A stretch of 63,719 nt of DNA, the filler included, from Lenisia limosa (Eukaryota > Protista > Breviatea): NCBI GenBank assembly GCA_001655205.1. It is 12 parts of 12 records of this genome, joined end to end, with 100 filler letters (N's around TTAATTAATTAA, not from the genome) between each part and the next. Parts side by side here need not be neighbours in the genome. Positions count along the whole stretch, not along the records: positions 37,237 to 44,182 come from LPNZ01006128.1; positions 44,283 to 50,571 come from LPNZ01006555.1; positions 50,672 to 52,188 come from LPNZ01000246.1; positions 52,289 to 57,109 come from LPNZ01009889.1; 8 more parts are not named here. One strand, written 5' to 3'. Position numbers and translations under genes: made by a program. The first letter of the stretch is position 1, and every line of letters starts with the position of its first letter. The notes beneath the pieces were generated by a model. The model was not told where the DNA came from, searched no databases, and saw only the letters and a list, made by a program, of their open reading frames with translations. This document shows positions 40,601-52,399 of this stretch, one piece after another.

Positions 40601-43600
40601 NNNNNNNNNNNNNNNNNNNNNNNNNNNNNNNNNNNNNNNNNNNNNNNNNNNNNNNNNNNNNNNNNNNNNNNNNNCAATCCACAAGAGAGCACGGAAATCA
40701 ATGCTGGAAAAGGCATAAAAATAAAAAGGCTGAGATAGGAAATATGGTAACCAAGATTGGAATGGTTAATGATGAATAAGAATTTTCACCCTGTTCAATG
40801 TGGAATGGTCTTTAAAAAATCATAAAAGATGACGTGCTTGTACATAAAGACTAGCAAATCAAGTGATATAATTATATATATTACAATTGTTAGTATTGAC
40901 CCGTTTCAGGCTGCCCTTCCCAAGAAAGTATGATTTTGTCGTTTTTGATCCTGTGGGTTTATTATGATGACAACTGATGTAAGTGTGCTATTTAAGTAAG
41001 GTATGAATTTAACGCGAATTTGTAAGGATTTATCAAGATTCAGTCTGTTTTTCGCACTGAAGTGCAGCTCTAGCTAACTCCAATGACCATTCCAATTTTG
41101 GTTTAAAGGACATATAGACAAAGGTGCAAAAACAGCAAAGACTGATTTATGAGAACGGGAGGGGTGTAGCGTTGGAAATTTTAAACAAAAAAAAAAGCCC
41201 AAATTCATCAATGTTGGCTAAACGCGCGAGGGTTGAACCAACAAAACACAAAAAAAAAAACTCCCAAACAATGGAAGGTTGGGNNNNNNNNNNNNNNNNN
41301 NNNNNNNNNNNNNNNNNNNNNNNNNNNNNNNNNNNNNNNNNNNNNNNNNNNNNNNNNAACCCTTAGGGAGTTTGGCATTTCTCGAGTCGGGGAAGGGGGA
41401 AGTAGTTTTCGACCTAAATATCAAATAACTTTTCTGAATGAATGTTCTGAAGAAATGAAAAATAGGAGAGCAGTAAGAAGCCATCAGCACGATGAATAAT
41501 ATCATATACAATGACCGCGATAAATCTTGACACGGATGATGATGAGCTTTATCTCAAGTCAATCAGGTTAGGACTTAACACAGTCATGCGGATGTTACTA
41601 TCAAATAATCATAATATATCATATACTACATATGTTAAAAAGGTATTCCTTCTCTCGGACCCTCCTTCCCCCTACCAACCGGTCAAATCAAGACTTCCCG
41701 GGAGGACCCTTTTCTTGACCACCTGAGATTCGGCTCGGAAGTCATTGAAACTCTTCCCGATTTGGCAATTCCCGTTTTGGTGCATAGCCACGTCATTTAC
41801 GGGGCTGGAATTTACCCCGGGCTGGGATTCATGGGTGTCATGGTAGGTGTTGATTTGATCAATAATCTCGTTGGCAGGGTGGATGACAGGCCTGGGGGGT
41901 AAATATGAAAGAAATTAGCAAGGGGTGGGGGGGTTGTGAAAATGGAAATAAAGATCATCTAAGTTGTGAGATGATCAAAATCATCTCAGTTGTGAGAGAA
42001 TTTCAACACAGCACTAATAGCAAAATACGCAGAAGTGTGTAAAAATAACTATCGTTTGAATTCTAAGAGTATATTCTACTAAAGCACTTTTAGTACCTGA
42101 GAATGCAAAGCGAATTCTTCCTCACTTCCTAAAGTGTCTCAATAGTGGAACCCTCTCTGCTTTGTTTTTGGACGAGATCCATATGTCTTCTTTCTTTACT
42201 TCTTAAGGAAATGAAACTTGAAATTGAGTACCGTAGAGACCGTAGCGGTATCCTCATTAAAAAGTTAAAGGTTGGAAGTAAGTTATGAAGTTAGGGAACT
42301 GAAGGATGACCGCGTTGCGGTTTGCGTCATAAAAGAACATATTTTTTAGGTTGGCCCCTTTTATCATTTTTGGAGTAATATAATAACACACTAATTTGCC
42401 TCTTTTGACGTTTTTTTTGGAACCCAGCATATAACTCCCCCCCCCCACTCCTCCTCGCCTTCCCCCATCATTGGTACAATATCTGTCGGGGGAGTAGTGG
42501 GAATGTCCGTGAGTCGGCCTAGGCAATAATAAAGAAATACCTGGGGGTAATACCAAATACGGGATTAATCAAGAAAAACCCCGGGGGTAAAGCAAAAATA
42601 AAAATACGGGGGCGGGGGCAGACGTAAAACAATACGCAGGGGTTGCGGATAGGGTGGAAATTTAGGAAGCACATACCCCAATTTAAGAAGCACATACCCC
42701 AATTTAAGAATAAAGTAAAAAAAAACAATGTTGGCTAGGGTCAACGTCATATGAAATATACATATGATATATACTATACATTTTCTTGGGTTCAGACATA
42801 CCCCCCATACCCCATTATATTTTAATATATACAATGCCAGATATGACATACCCCATACAAAATGAAATGTAAATATTTTTCATTGGACAAATATGTGCTT
42901 TTACTTCAAATATGCTACCATTTGGTTCAGAAATAAAATTGTTTCAAACAGGCGGATCATATTGCGCTCATTAATTTCTTTGATCTGACCATCAATAATA
43001 TTAAGAGGTTCATCAATAATACTTTACGGAATAAAAAAAAAGGTAAAAAGAACAATAAATTGCAATGTATGTATATAATATATCATATGATATACATACA
43101 TTTTGCTCCCAGACATAGGGACATACCCCCATTGATATATTATATACATGTATATATTTGAATTATGCCCTGACATACCCCAAATAGTGAATATATACAT
43201 ATATATCATATTATATATATATTATATAGCTAGCAATATCAGATATATATCGATATAATTCTTTATGATGTTGACCCTAAACATCTGAAAAATAATTCTG
43301 GCTCAACATTCGCAAAATATGCGCTATAGCCCCCCCCCCCCNNNNNNNNNNNNNNNNNNNNNNNNNNNNNNNNNNNNNNNNNNNNNNNNNNNNNNNNNNN
43401 NNNNNNNNNNNNNNNNNNNNNNNNNNNNNNNNNNNNNNNNNNNNNNNNNNNNNNNNNNNNNNNNNNTATCGAGGGCGGGGAGTAAAATTGGAAAATGTAT
43501 GAAAAGCAAAAAAAAAAGTCCAAATTCATATGTTTTTTGTTGTGTGTGTATTGGGAGGATATCCAAGCAATGCTCTGAGGACCCTTCATATACAGCTATA

Positions 43601-44182
43601 AAAAACAAAACAAAACGTCCTACCTCATCCCTAGCTCTTTTCTCCTGAATTAAATAGTCTCGTTGTTCTGGAAGAAGCTCTTCGACAGACGGGCCTGAAG
43701 TGGGACGGTAGGTGGCCTGTGGAGTGAATATTGGTAAAGTTTGAAACTAGGAACATAAAGACCAGGCGGAGACTTCATAAATATCAGGGTTTTGAACATA
43801 GTTTTTTGAATATTTATCCAGGGTTTATCGAAGATTTATCGAGGGTTTATTGAGGGTCTATCTAAGAGACTCAAGGATCGATCGAGGTTTTATGAGGTTT
43901 ATCGATATTTTTTTGTCCTAATTAAGGGTGAAAACAAGATGGCTCGAACGCAGCGCGTCGCAAAAGTTACTGAAAACCATAAAGTTCTCGTGTCAATAAT
44001 TTAAACCTGATAGAGAATTCCCAAATTTTGCCGCGCGTAGCCGCGTATTTTCAAAATCGGCGCGGGTTGTTTCACCTAAAACAAGGCTCTAAGTAGCAGG
44101 CTTCTCACCAAATTATTCAGAGCAGGGCGATAGGCGATGATAAACCCGGAAACGTCATGACGCTTGGCTACGTTATCTCGGG
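37630..44182 (-). CDS. Hypothetical multi-exon protein, fragment (probably one gene across this piece)
   Basis: Minus-strand exons with clear splice sites: VAKRHDVSGFIIAYRPALNNL|VKQPAPILKIRGYARQNLGILYQ, ATYRPTSGPSVEELLPEQRDYLIQEKRARDE, PVIHPANEIIDQINTYHD, CSLTLDTNNDFQMS|KQEEEKKQGNKEKPEVAADQ (in-frame phase-2 join) and FDAFFDSDSDSDVEF. Linkage of all exons is inferred. Confidence 0.45.
38325..38460. repeat. Imperfect (ATC)n microsatellite, intronic
   Basis: CAT/ATC triplet run; it produces spurious poly-His, poly-Ile and poly-Met ORFs. Confidence 0.9.
39270..40050 (+). mobile_element. Decayed, 5'-truncated non-LTR retrotransposon (RNase H + zf-RVT-like region)
   Basis: Reading across frameshifts and stops: YDTEGLGILHAL, VTIHCDNKAM, INLIKAH and GN-ADALAKSA (RNase H E/D/H/D pattern). 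Then KLRLRILSGTLPTRRW...RCPLCP...ESLRHLLSVC (CCHC, zf-RVT-like). It lies antisense inside the inferred intron 39147-40230. Confidence 0.75.
40131..40245 (-). repeat. Five-unit 22-24 bp tandem array, each unit carrying GTAAGT or GTATGT on the minus strand
   Basis: Units start at 40131, 40155, 40179, 40201 and 40223 in an A-B-A-B-A pattern. A units read ATGAG|GTAAGTGG on the minus strand. Confidence 0.85.
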
Positions 44183-44589
44183 NNNNNNNNNNNNNNNNNN
44201 NNNNNNNNNNNNNNNNNNNNNNNNNNTTAATTAATTAANNNNNNNNNNNNNNNNNNNNNNNNNNNNNNNNNNNNNNNNNNNNCAACCAAGGATATTGATA
44301 CATTAATAGTGTGATCATGAATACCTGACAACCAAGGATATTTATTTAGGGGAGGATTTATTGATATTATTTTGGAGATCGATACTTATCGAGAATATCC
44401 TCGAAAAATTTCGAAAACAAACCAGTCCTTTTCGGAGCAAAGTTGTAGGCAAGTGGAAATCATAAATATGTATTCATTATATATGCACTATTAGTATATG
44501 ATATGTACATATAGTATGATATCAAAAAAAGGGTCAATATAACTAGTATTTATAGAGAGTGTCTTGAGGAATACAAGTTGTAACCCAAC

Positions 44590-46426
44590 GTTCTGACAAT
44601 TTCGCCCGAGGGAAGCACCACAGTCAGCGAAATAACATTTTCCCTACATTCGTGAGATGGGATACTGTATCGTTCTCTCAATTGATGAACCCATAGAAAT
44701 CCTCAATGGCTCAGAAAGACTCTTTCTAATGGATACTATACAACTTAAAATAATTGAGAGTTTACCATGATATTTTTTGAATTATGATAACAAAATGATA
44801 ATAAATCAAGACCTCTCACCTAAAAGTACCATATTTCATTGAGGTTGTTCCACTGGCTCCTGTTGATGCCTGTCTTCATATGTTAGTCAAGCTCTAAGAG
44901 ATTCTTTTCTACTTTGAGCCTGATTGAAAATAAAGTTTTCATGGGATCCTATCATAATGTTGTACGAGATTCTGTCCCCCCCCCCCCNNNNNNNNNNNNN
45001 NNNNNNNNNNNNNNNNNNNNNNNNNNNNNNNNNNNNNNNNNNNNNNNNNNNNNNNNNNNNNNNNNNNNNNNAGGAGTGCAGCAAATTCGGTTTTGAGCAG
45101 GCCAGCCTCAGCAGTGACTTGAAGGTCGGCTTCGCTAATATCATAAATCCAATCAAACACCTTGTAACATTGTAAATCCAATCTCCTATCAAATACTCAT
45201 TTCGTACTATGGCTGATAATACCCCAGGTTCCCACTTGATGTTGAGGATGCGTTTCATCTTGTCAAGGGAAATGACAACCGCATCCGAGCCAGGAATACA
45301 GCCTCCTTCAAGACCTGGCTCGGAGTAAATGTGCATTTGAGGAGGGGAGGAAAAAAAAAAGAGTATTAGGAAAAGCGAAAATAACCAGAGTAAAGCCACC
45401 ACTCTATACCATCCCACCAGTCCTAGCACCACTTGGTACCATGGGGATGCGACGTTTGGCCAAATAGGTCACAACATCGGATACCTGGGGTTATGACATT
45501 GACATCATTTGACTGACAAGTCAAGTCGGGTGGAAATGATCATAGTAAAAATAATGATGGTAACAAAACAAAACAAAATAAACATCCCAATTGTTGGATA
45601 TTGTATCGATAATCGAAAAAAACTTAGACACCTGTATATCAATGTGAATGTCCAGTGTATAATGATATGGAAAACCGGAAGAGGGAGGGGGGGGATAAAA
45701 TGGAAAAATTTTGAAACAAAAAGCCCAAAATCAACTCCCAGGGATAATTATAGATACAGAGATTATGCTGCCTGATATGATATTATAAAAAATGATAACA
45801 AGATTTTTTATTATAGTGGATCAGATTATCGTTTCAACTTTTCCGTCAAATATCCCACCAGTGGAGATGATATCATGAAAATGACCATCATGCATATTAT
45901 ATGGAATATTGTAGTCAAAACGGGAATAGCACTGAATTCAACGTGGGAGGCTAAAAACCAGCCAGCACACCTCTTCTGTACTCTTGGGGAACACAACCGC
46001 CACGGGATACGACCTGACATGGGGGGATTTGTCCAGGGACATCGTCTCGATCACCTTAAGAATGCAATGAGTTAAATGGAGGAAAGCAAGGAATCTTGCC
46101 CCCGTGCTAGAATTTAGCAAATATATAATAATTGATGTTTGTAACAGAGAGGTAATACCAAGAGAGGGTTCAAGAAGGGTTGTTCTTAGATGTTAGATTG
46201 GGAAATTCGTACATATCCAAAGGTTAAACATTTTTTCATAAAATTAGCGTACCTTAGATGATTCTTCGCTCTGTTCTGCCTGGGAAAAGACAACCTGCTC
46301 TTCCGACAAGATGCTGCGAAGACTTTCAGCATCATAAGCAGTAAATCCCGGTTGGAAATTGTGATGTCTAATAAATCTAAAGGCTAAAATAAGCACAACT
46401 GCCCACAAAAAGGCCTTAGAGAACAT
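44590..46426 (-). CDS. LDHD: FAD-linked D-lactate dehydrogenase (FAD_binding_4/LDHD-DLD family), 5' fragment
   Basis: YPVAVVFPKSTEE, RIPMVP, GLEGGCIPGSDAVVISLDKMKRIL, DLQVTAEAGLL, ASTGASGTTSMKYG and RENVISLTVVLPSGEIVRT fit the D-LDH subfamily. Cut near the spacer at 44227. Confidence 0.82.
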
Positions 46427-46714
46427 TGTAAATAACAACAAGGAGGACTATCCTGATTCACTCCCTTGGTTCACTTGTTAAAACTATGAATAATATTCAG
46501 AATAGACTTAATGCCACAATTTTTGAGTTTTTTATCTCTCGTGAAATTTCGAAATATTTCGAATAATATATCGAAGTATTTCAAATGGTTTTCGTGCAAA
46601 AAGAACCTCTTTTTGATAGTTGAAGGTAGCTAACTTTTAATTTGTTTGAAACAGACCGATTGATACGTTAATCACATTTGAAGTTTTTTGTCAGCTTTAG
46701 TGTCTTCTTTCACA

Positions 46715-49700
46715 ATGGGTGAAGAGACTCAGGCAAAGCGTATGCGATAATGGTGACTTATGACTTTACTGAAAGATTTTCGTCTGGTTTTTTGCGCACT
46801 ATGAGCTGTCTCCTTTTTCTAGACGCGTCAAATAACATTATTTGCGATAATATACTCAGGCTCCGGCGAAGAGGAGCGTGGAAGACGTCGTAAGCGTTCT
46901 CGCTTCTCTCAGAGCAAGGAGGAGTTGCAGCCCGCTGTTATCCCCCAGGGACTTACTGGAGAACAGCAAGAAGTTATTCTTGGTGAGGGTTGTAGCTATT
47001 TCGTCCTTCACTCCTTTCTCTGATATCTTTGCTAACCCTTCTAGTGAATGTCAGACTGGAAGAGATCCGCAAGAAGCTTGTTCTTGGTGATTTCGGACAA
47101 AGCAACCCAGACAGGTGCGTGTCTTACCCGTTTTCTCTTCATAGCTTCCCCTTTATTGACTTTGTAGATCTCCCTCGCCACCTCCCGAATACGACAGATC
47201 TGGTAAGGGGCGGGATGGTCAAGAATGAATGTCGAGTAGCAAGCGGTTTCTGCTGTTACTCTTGGTTTTTATAATGGACTTCCACAGATTGAAGAACTGC
47301 TTATCATTGATTGTTTTTTTTAAGCTCTCAGTTTTTCTTTCTAAATTTCAGTTTTTTCGTTCACATACACCCCCATTACCCCCCCTCTATGTTTCTTAAT
47401 ATGGGTTTTTCGTCATTGAAAATAGTGGTTTTGTCCTCTCAGGTTAACATCCATTCTTCACCCCTTTTATACACATCATACACCCCTCTTTTCTCGACAC
47501 AAATTTTTCCTTTTTAACCCCCCTCCCCCCAGGTGTGAGAACCAACACTCGTGACATCCGCATCCGCGCCCGTCTAGAAGGAGAGCGCGACAGACTCATC
47601 CGTGAAACTGCTCTCAAGAACAAACTCTTCATTGTAGGCTGGCTTCTGATGAGGCGGATAAGTGAAGGAAAATTATAATTGTCATTTTCCACTTGCAGCA
47701 GCGTTGTGTTTGTTTCTGCCTCATCAGATACTGAGTTCTTCCCTCTCTACTCTTGATAGACTATTGCGTATTATCCATTGAGTGTTAAGTAGGGTTCAAC
47801 TGAAGTCTTCAGGTCCAATGAGAAATTCAGTCTTTTTTTTTACATCCCCAAATTCAGTCTATTTTTTGCTCCCAAAAGTCAGACATTTTTTAATCCTTGA
47901 CCCCCCAGCCCCCCACAGACTGGAGGCCACAAGCCAAGCGTATCCAGTATAAAATGATGTTGCCTCAAGAGGAGAACCCTGATATCAACTTCATTGGTAC
48001 GAGGAGTTGTTTTCTCACCACTTCTTTGTTTTCTTTCTTTCTTTCAGTTGTTATCCCAAGAACTTTTCTGTTTTTGACATGTTATTTGTTCGCCTCAACT
48101 ATTNNNNNNNNNNNNNNNNNNNNNNNNNNNNNNNNNNNNNNNNNNNNNNNNNNNNNNNNNNNNNNNNNNNNNNNNNNNNNNNNNNNNNNNNNNNNNNNNN
48201 NNNNNNNNNNNNNNNNNNNNNNNNNNNNNNNNNNNNNNNNNNNNNNNNNNNNNNNNNNNNNNNNNNNNNNNNNNNNNNNNNNNNNNNNNNNNNNNNNNNN
48301 NNNNNNNNNNNNNNNNNNNNNNNNTATGGAGGCCGAGTGCGGCGCTAAGGTGTCTATCAGGTTGGTAGCATGACATAGCTACTATTACCCCTCGTATTTC
48401 TACATACTATCAATATTTTTTTATACATTATACTTTTTTCAAAGTCACATTTCGTGTTTGCTGGTCTCTGCTCTGTTCTCATTGTGACAGAGGAAAGGGT
48501 GCCATCAAGGAGGGCAAGAAAAACCAGAACGACAACACCGCCTCCGAGCCACTTCATTGCATCATTACCGGCGAGACTCAGGAACAGATCGTGGGGGGAG
48601 GTGCAATCGCTTGTTTTAGTTCTATTTTTGGACCTAATGAACCCCTTGTTCTCTATCTGCATTTAAACAGTCAACCAAGCTCATTCCCCAGGACTTGACC
48701 GTTGCTCGCATCCTGCGTTTGACCAAGGCCAAGGCCGAAGACATCGAAATGCATAAGCGCGAGCAGCTGCGTGAACTTGCCACTCTCAATGGTATGTAAG
48801 GTTGAACCCGGCTTAGTATTGGTCTGTCCCAACAGAGCCACCAGCTATTTTGTATTTCTCATTTCTATATCGGGCTTTACCAGTTGATGGCGTTGGCCTG
48901 ATACTATATTTCTTTATAATATCCCTTATAATTTTGATGTGGATGGCTTCGGCCAAACTATAATCTTTTTTTTTTTTTTAGCACCAGAGTATGCTTGCTG
49001 CTTATTGTTTTTCTGTGTATTTTCCGATGAATTCACAGTTTCCACCCGTTTATTATTTGCGTTAGTAATTAAATCTTACCTTACTCCTAGATCATGTGAT
49101 TGGTCAACCTCCTTTTTTCATACTATTTTCCATTTACCCCCCCCCTCCCCGCAATATAGTTNNNNNNNNNNNNNNNNNNNNNNNNNNNNNNNNNNNNNNN
49201 NNNNNNNNNNNNNNNNNNNNNNNNNNNNNNNNNNNNNNNNNNAGGTACTGTAATAATTGATATTTTGTGTTTTCTCACGGTTTGTTTCTCTATTCTGTTC
49301 CCCCAATCCAAAACAGCACCTTACACCCCCAGGTACCCTGAGAGATGCCGACATGAACGACGGTCCTTCCGGCACCAACAGTGGGCCGGGCCGGCTTAAG
49401 GGCTTATTTCGTTCTAATTCCACTTTCATCAAAAACAGCGTTTGCTTTTTTTTTTGGAGTTTCAGGTTATTCGGTTCGTGATTAGTGCCTTCACGCCAAT
49501 ATTCTTCACCGATATTTCCTTCATTTACCCCCCCCCCNNNNNNNNNNNNNNNNNNNNNNNNNNNNNNNNNNNNNNNNNNNNNNNNNNNNNNNNNNNNNNN
49601 NNNNNNNNNNNNNNNNNNNNNNNNNNNNNNNNNNNNNNNNNNNNNNNNNNNNNNNNNNNNNNNNNNNNNNNNNNNNNNNNNNNNNNNNNNNNNNNNNNNN

Positions 49701-50558
49701 NNNNNNNNNNNNNNNNNNNNNNNNNNNNNNNNNNNNNNNNNNNNNNNNNNNNNNNNNNNNNNNNNNNNNNNNNNNNNNNNNNNNNNNNNNNNNNNNNNNN
49801 NNNNNNNNNNNNNNNNNNNNNNNGGATATTATCACGAATCGGTCAAGATTCATTCACCTTGATAATAATAAAAAAAAAACTGAGGGCCGGGGATTTATCG
49901 TCATTTATTGGTCTCTTATAAGCATGACGGTGTGGGCGGCTTGGTTGTCATCTCCACATCTTTCTCTTTTCATCTCTCTTTTCATCTTTCTCATTTCATC
50001 TTCATCTCTCTCTCTCTCTCTCTTTTCATATTTTCGCATTTTATGTTTTTTATATTTCTCATGGGTGATAATCATATGATAAGACTGAAGGTGTTATTTT
50101 ACTGGTTATAAACTTAACGCAGACAGATTTCAGTGGAAGTATGTACAGGGAACGGGATAAGTCTTGACCGATTTGCTATGATTTTCCTTGAAAAATAGGT
50201 CAAGACTTATCCCGGTTACCATGTAATGGTAATTGTTATGAGACATCCAAAAACAATTGGGGGAGTTGCTTTATTTATCATTTTACGTTTTCCAGTCGTC
50301 ACTCCGCGGCTCCGTGGCTTCGTGGAACCGGCACCAACCTTGCCGTCGCCCCCCGGGAAGAGCCCCAGGCGCGTAGGTGGCGTGATGATTGGCGTGATTA
50401 TTAGGGTCAAGGCCACTTTGAGAGGGAGAGTTGTTTTGTCATCCAGCTCACCCTTCAGCTGCCCCCATCACCTCAAGCACAGTGGCACCGTGGCTGAAGC
50501 AGGGTAGTGCTGCTGCCGCCCCTCCCCCCACCCTCCCTGCCCAATTCGCTGCACCACG
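46715..50558 (+). CDS. SF1: Splicing factor 1 / branch-point binding protein (ULM, SPSP, KH-QUA2, Pro/Ala-rich tail), 3' end missing
   Basis: RRRKRSRF, VRLEEIRKKL, RSPSPPPEYD, RTNTRDIRIRARLEGERDRLI, PEENPDINFIG-type KH start (LPQEENPDINFIG), CGAKVSIRGKGAIKEG, EPLHCIITG, HKREQLRELATLNGTLRD, and APW-containing tail. Confidence 0.95.
50146..50222. mobile_element. MITE family A copy (in SF1 intron)
   Basis: CGGGATAAGTCTTGACCGATTT ... ATAGGTCAAGACTTATCCCGG inverted arms. Confidence 0.75.
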
Positions 50559-51500
50559 TGGGGGGGGGGGCNNNNNNNNNNNNNNNNNNNNNNNNNNNNN
50601 NNNNNNNNNNNNNNNTTAATTAATTAANNNNNNNNNNNNNNNNNNNNNNNNNNNNNNNNNNNNNNNNNNNNCAGCACATCGAGGTTTCTTCGGAAGCAAG
50701 TGGGGGGGGGGTCGGCGTTTTTATTATTTTCGGCTTTTACCAGCATGGTCTGATACCAGCATCAATATTTGATGGTCTGATACTTCAGTATCTGAACTAT
50801 TTATAATTACGGTATAGGTTGGGGGTTAGGGTTCAAGGCGGTCATCCAAACCATTTACCTTTTTTAGGGGGGGGGACATGCCTTGGTCTTAGATAACTTA
50901 ACAAGTGGGGGATTCGAATTTACGATTTTAGATTCGCGAGCCTCACCAATCAACATTTGAAGGAAATGAAGAGGGACGAAATTGACTGGAATCTTCTCCC
51001 CTAATAAGGCTTATTCCTTTTTGGTTATGTAATTTATGATTCTCCAACTTCATTATCATTTTCTAACGGACGGTCTAAGCCAATGTATCATCCAACCTTT
51101 GTTCCAGTAGACTAGGCTGAACGCCTCCAAAATCTCCTTCACCGAGAATTCACCTTCAGAAGCTTATTTATTTATTAGTTTTTATGTACATTCTATACTT
51201 TACAACTAGGCAGTTGAAGGAACGGCAAGAAAGTCAAAATGAAGCCGAACTTTTGGAATCGTCATCATAATTCCATTTCAAAATTGGATTTACTGGTCTT
51301 TTTTTTTGAATGAAAGCCCTCACTCGAAATATATCAACTGGTCTCTACTGACCTATTTTCCTTGGTCATATTAGAAATCGACACTTCCTTGACTCAAGAG
51401 TAACCGGCAGTCTAGAAGGACGAAGAAACCTGTGTGGTGTTGCTGGTTCCCTGCCCACCTCAGTATGGAAACAAGAAAAACCTTGATTCAAGGAATATGT

Positions 51501-51880
51501 TCCTCATAATCCTGAAATCTGCATCCCTATTCTCCTCATAGTCCTTTGACAGCCTTCATTCATTACAGTTCTGATGGGAAAAGCCGAACCATTATCCTAC
51601 TGAAACAAATAACCTGAAATCAGAATAAATCCATCATAAATTCTAGAAGGCTACCCCAGCTACCATAATACCATCAACATCTTAAAAAACACGTAACCAT
51701 TGTAGATTAAGAAAAAAACGCCACTGAGCTTATTTACAAGAATTGCAACGATAGTTTGAGTGGTCCTAAAAAGTAATCAGTAGATCTAAGGATGAAGACC
51801 AATCAAAACTGTAATAAATGAAAGCTTTAGATCAAAGGACTATGACGAGAATAGGGATGCAGATTTCAGGATTATGAGGA
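51501..51880. repeat. About 70-bp inverted repeat pair enclosing about 240 bp (MITE-like)
   Basis: 51501-51569 (TCCTCATAATCCTGAAATCTGCATCCCTATTCTC...) is the near-perfect reverse complement of 51808-51880. Confidence 0.85.
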
Positions 51881-52049
51881 GTATATATAAAAAAAAAATT
51901 GGAAGAAATGAAGTGGAAAAAACAAGAAGACCCCCCCCCCACGTCCTCCATGAAGCACTCCATTTCAGTCAAACTTCCGCAAACATGGCACTTTAAGTGG
52001 ACTATTTTCTCACATTCCCACCCAGAGAGACTACATCGTGAGAGTGTAC

Positions 52050-52172
52050 ATGATGACGTCATGATGATGATGATAGTGATGATAATGAAGATGTTGGTGA
52101 TGATAATGAAGATGGTGATAATGATGATGTTGGTGATAATGATGATGATGATAATGATGGTGATGGTGATGG
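52050..52172. repeat. Imperfect (GAT)n microsatellite
   Basis: GAT/GGT/AAT triplet run next to a spacer. Confidence 0.9.
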
Positions 52173-52399
52173 GTATCAGTGAAGTACANNNNNNNNNNNN
52201 NNNNNNNNNNNNNNNNNNNNNNNNNNNNNNNNTTAATTAATTAANNNNNNNNNNNNNNNNNNNNNNNNNNNNNNNNNNNNNNNNNNNNTTATTTACTACT
52301 TTCAGTATATTTGCCCACAATCCTATTTATCCCACAAACCTTCCTAAATTCAGGCAAATTGGCGAGATCTGCTAATCCACCTCGAGCATTTTGGATCCT

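Noticed and set aside
43939-44005. ATG GCT CGA ACG CAG (MARTQRVAK) as a histone H3/CenH3 start
   Set aside because: No histone-fold or RPGTVAL-like sequence follows, and the surrounding segments read better as exons of a minus-strand gene.
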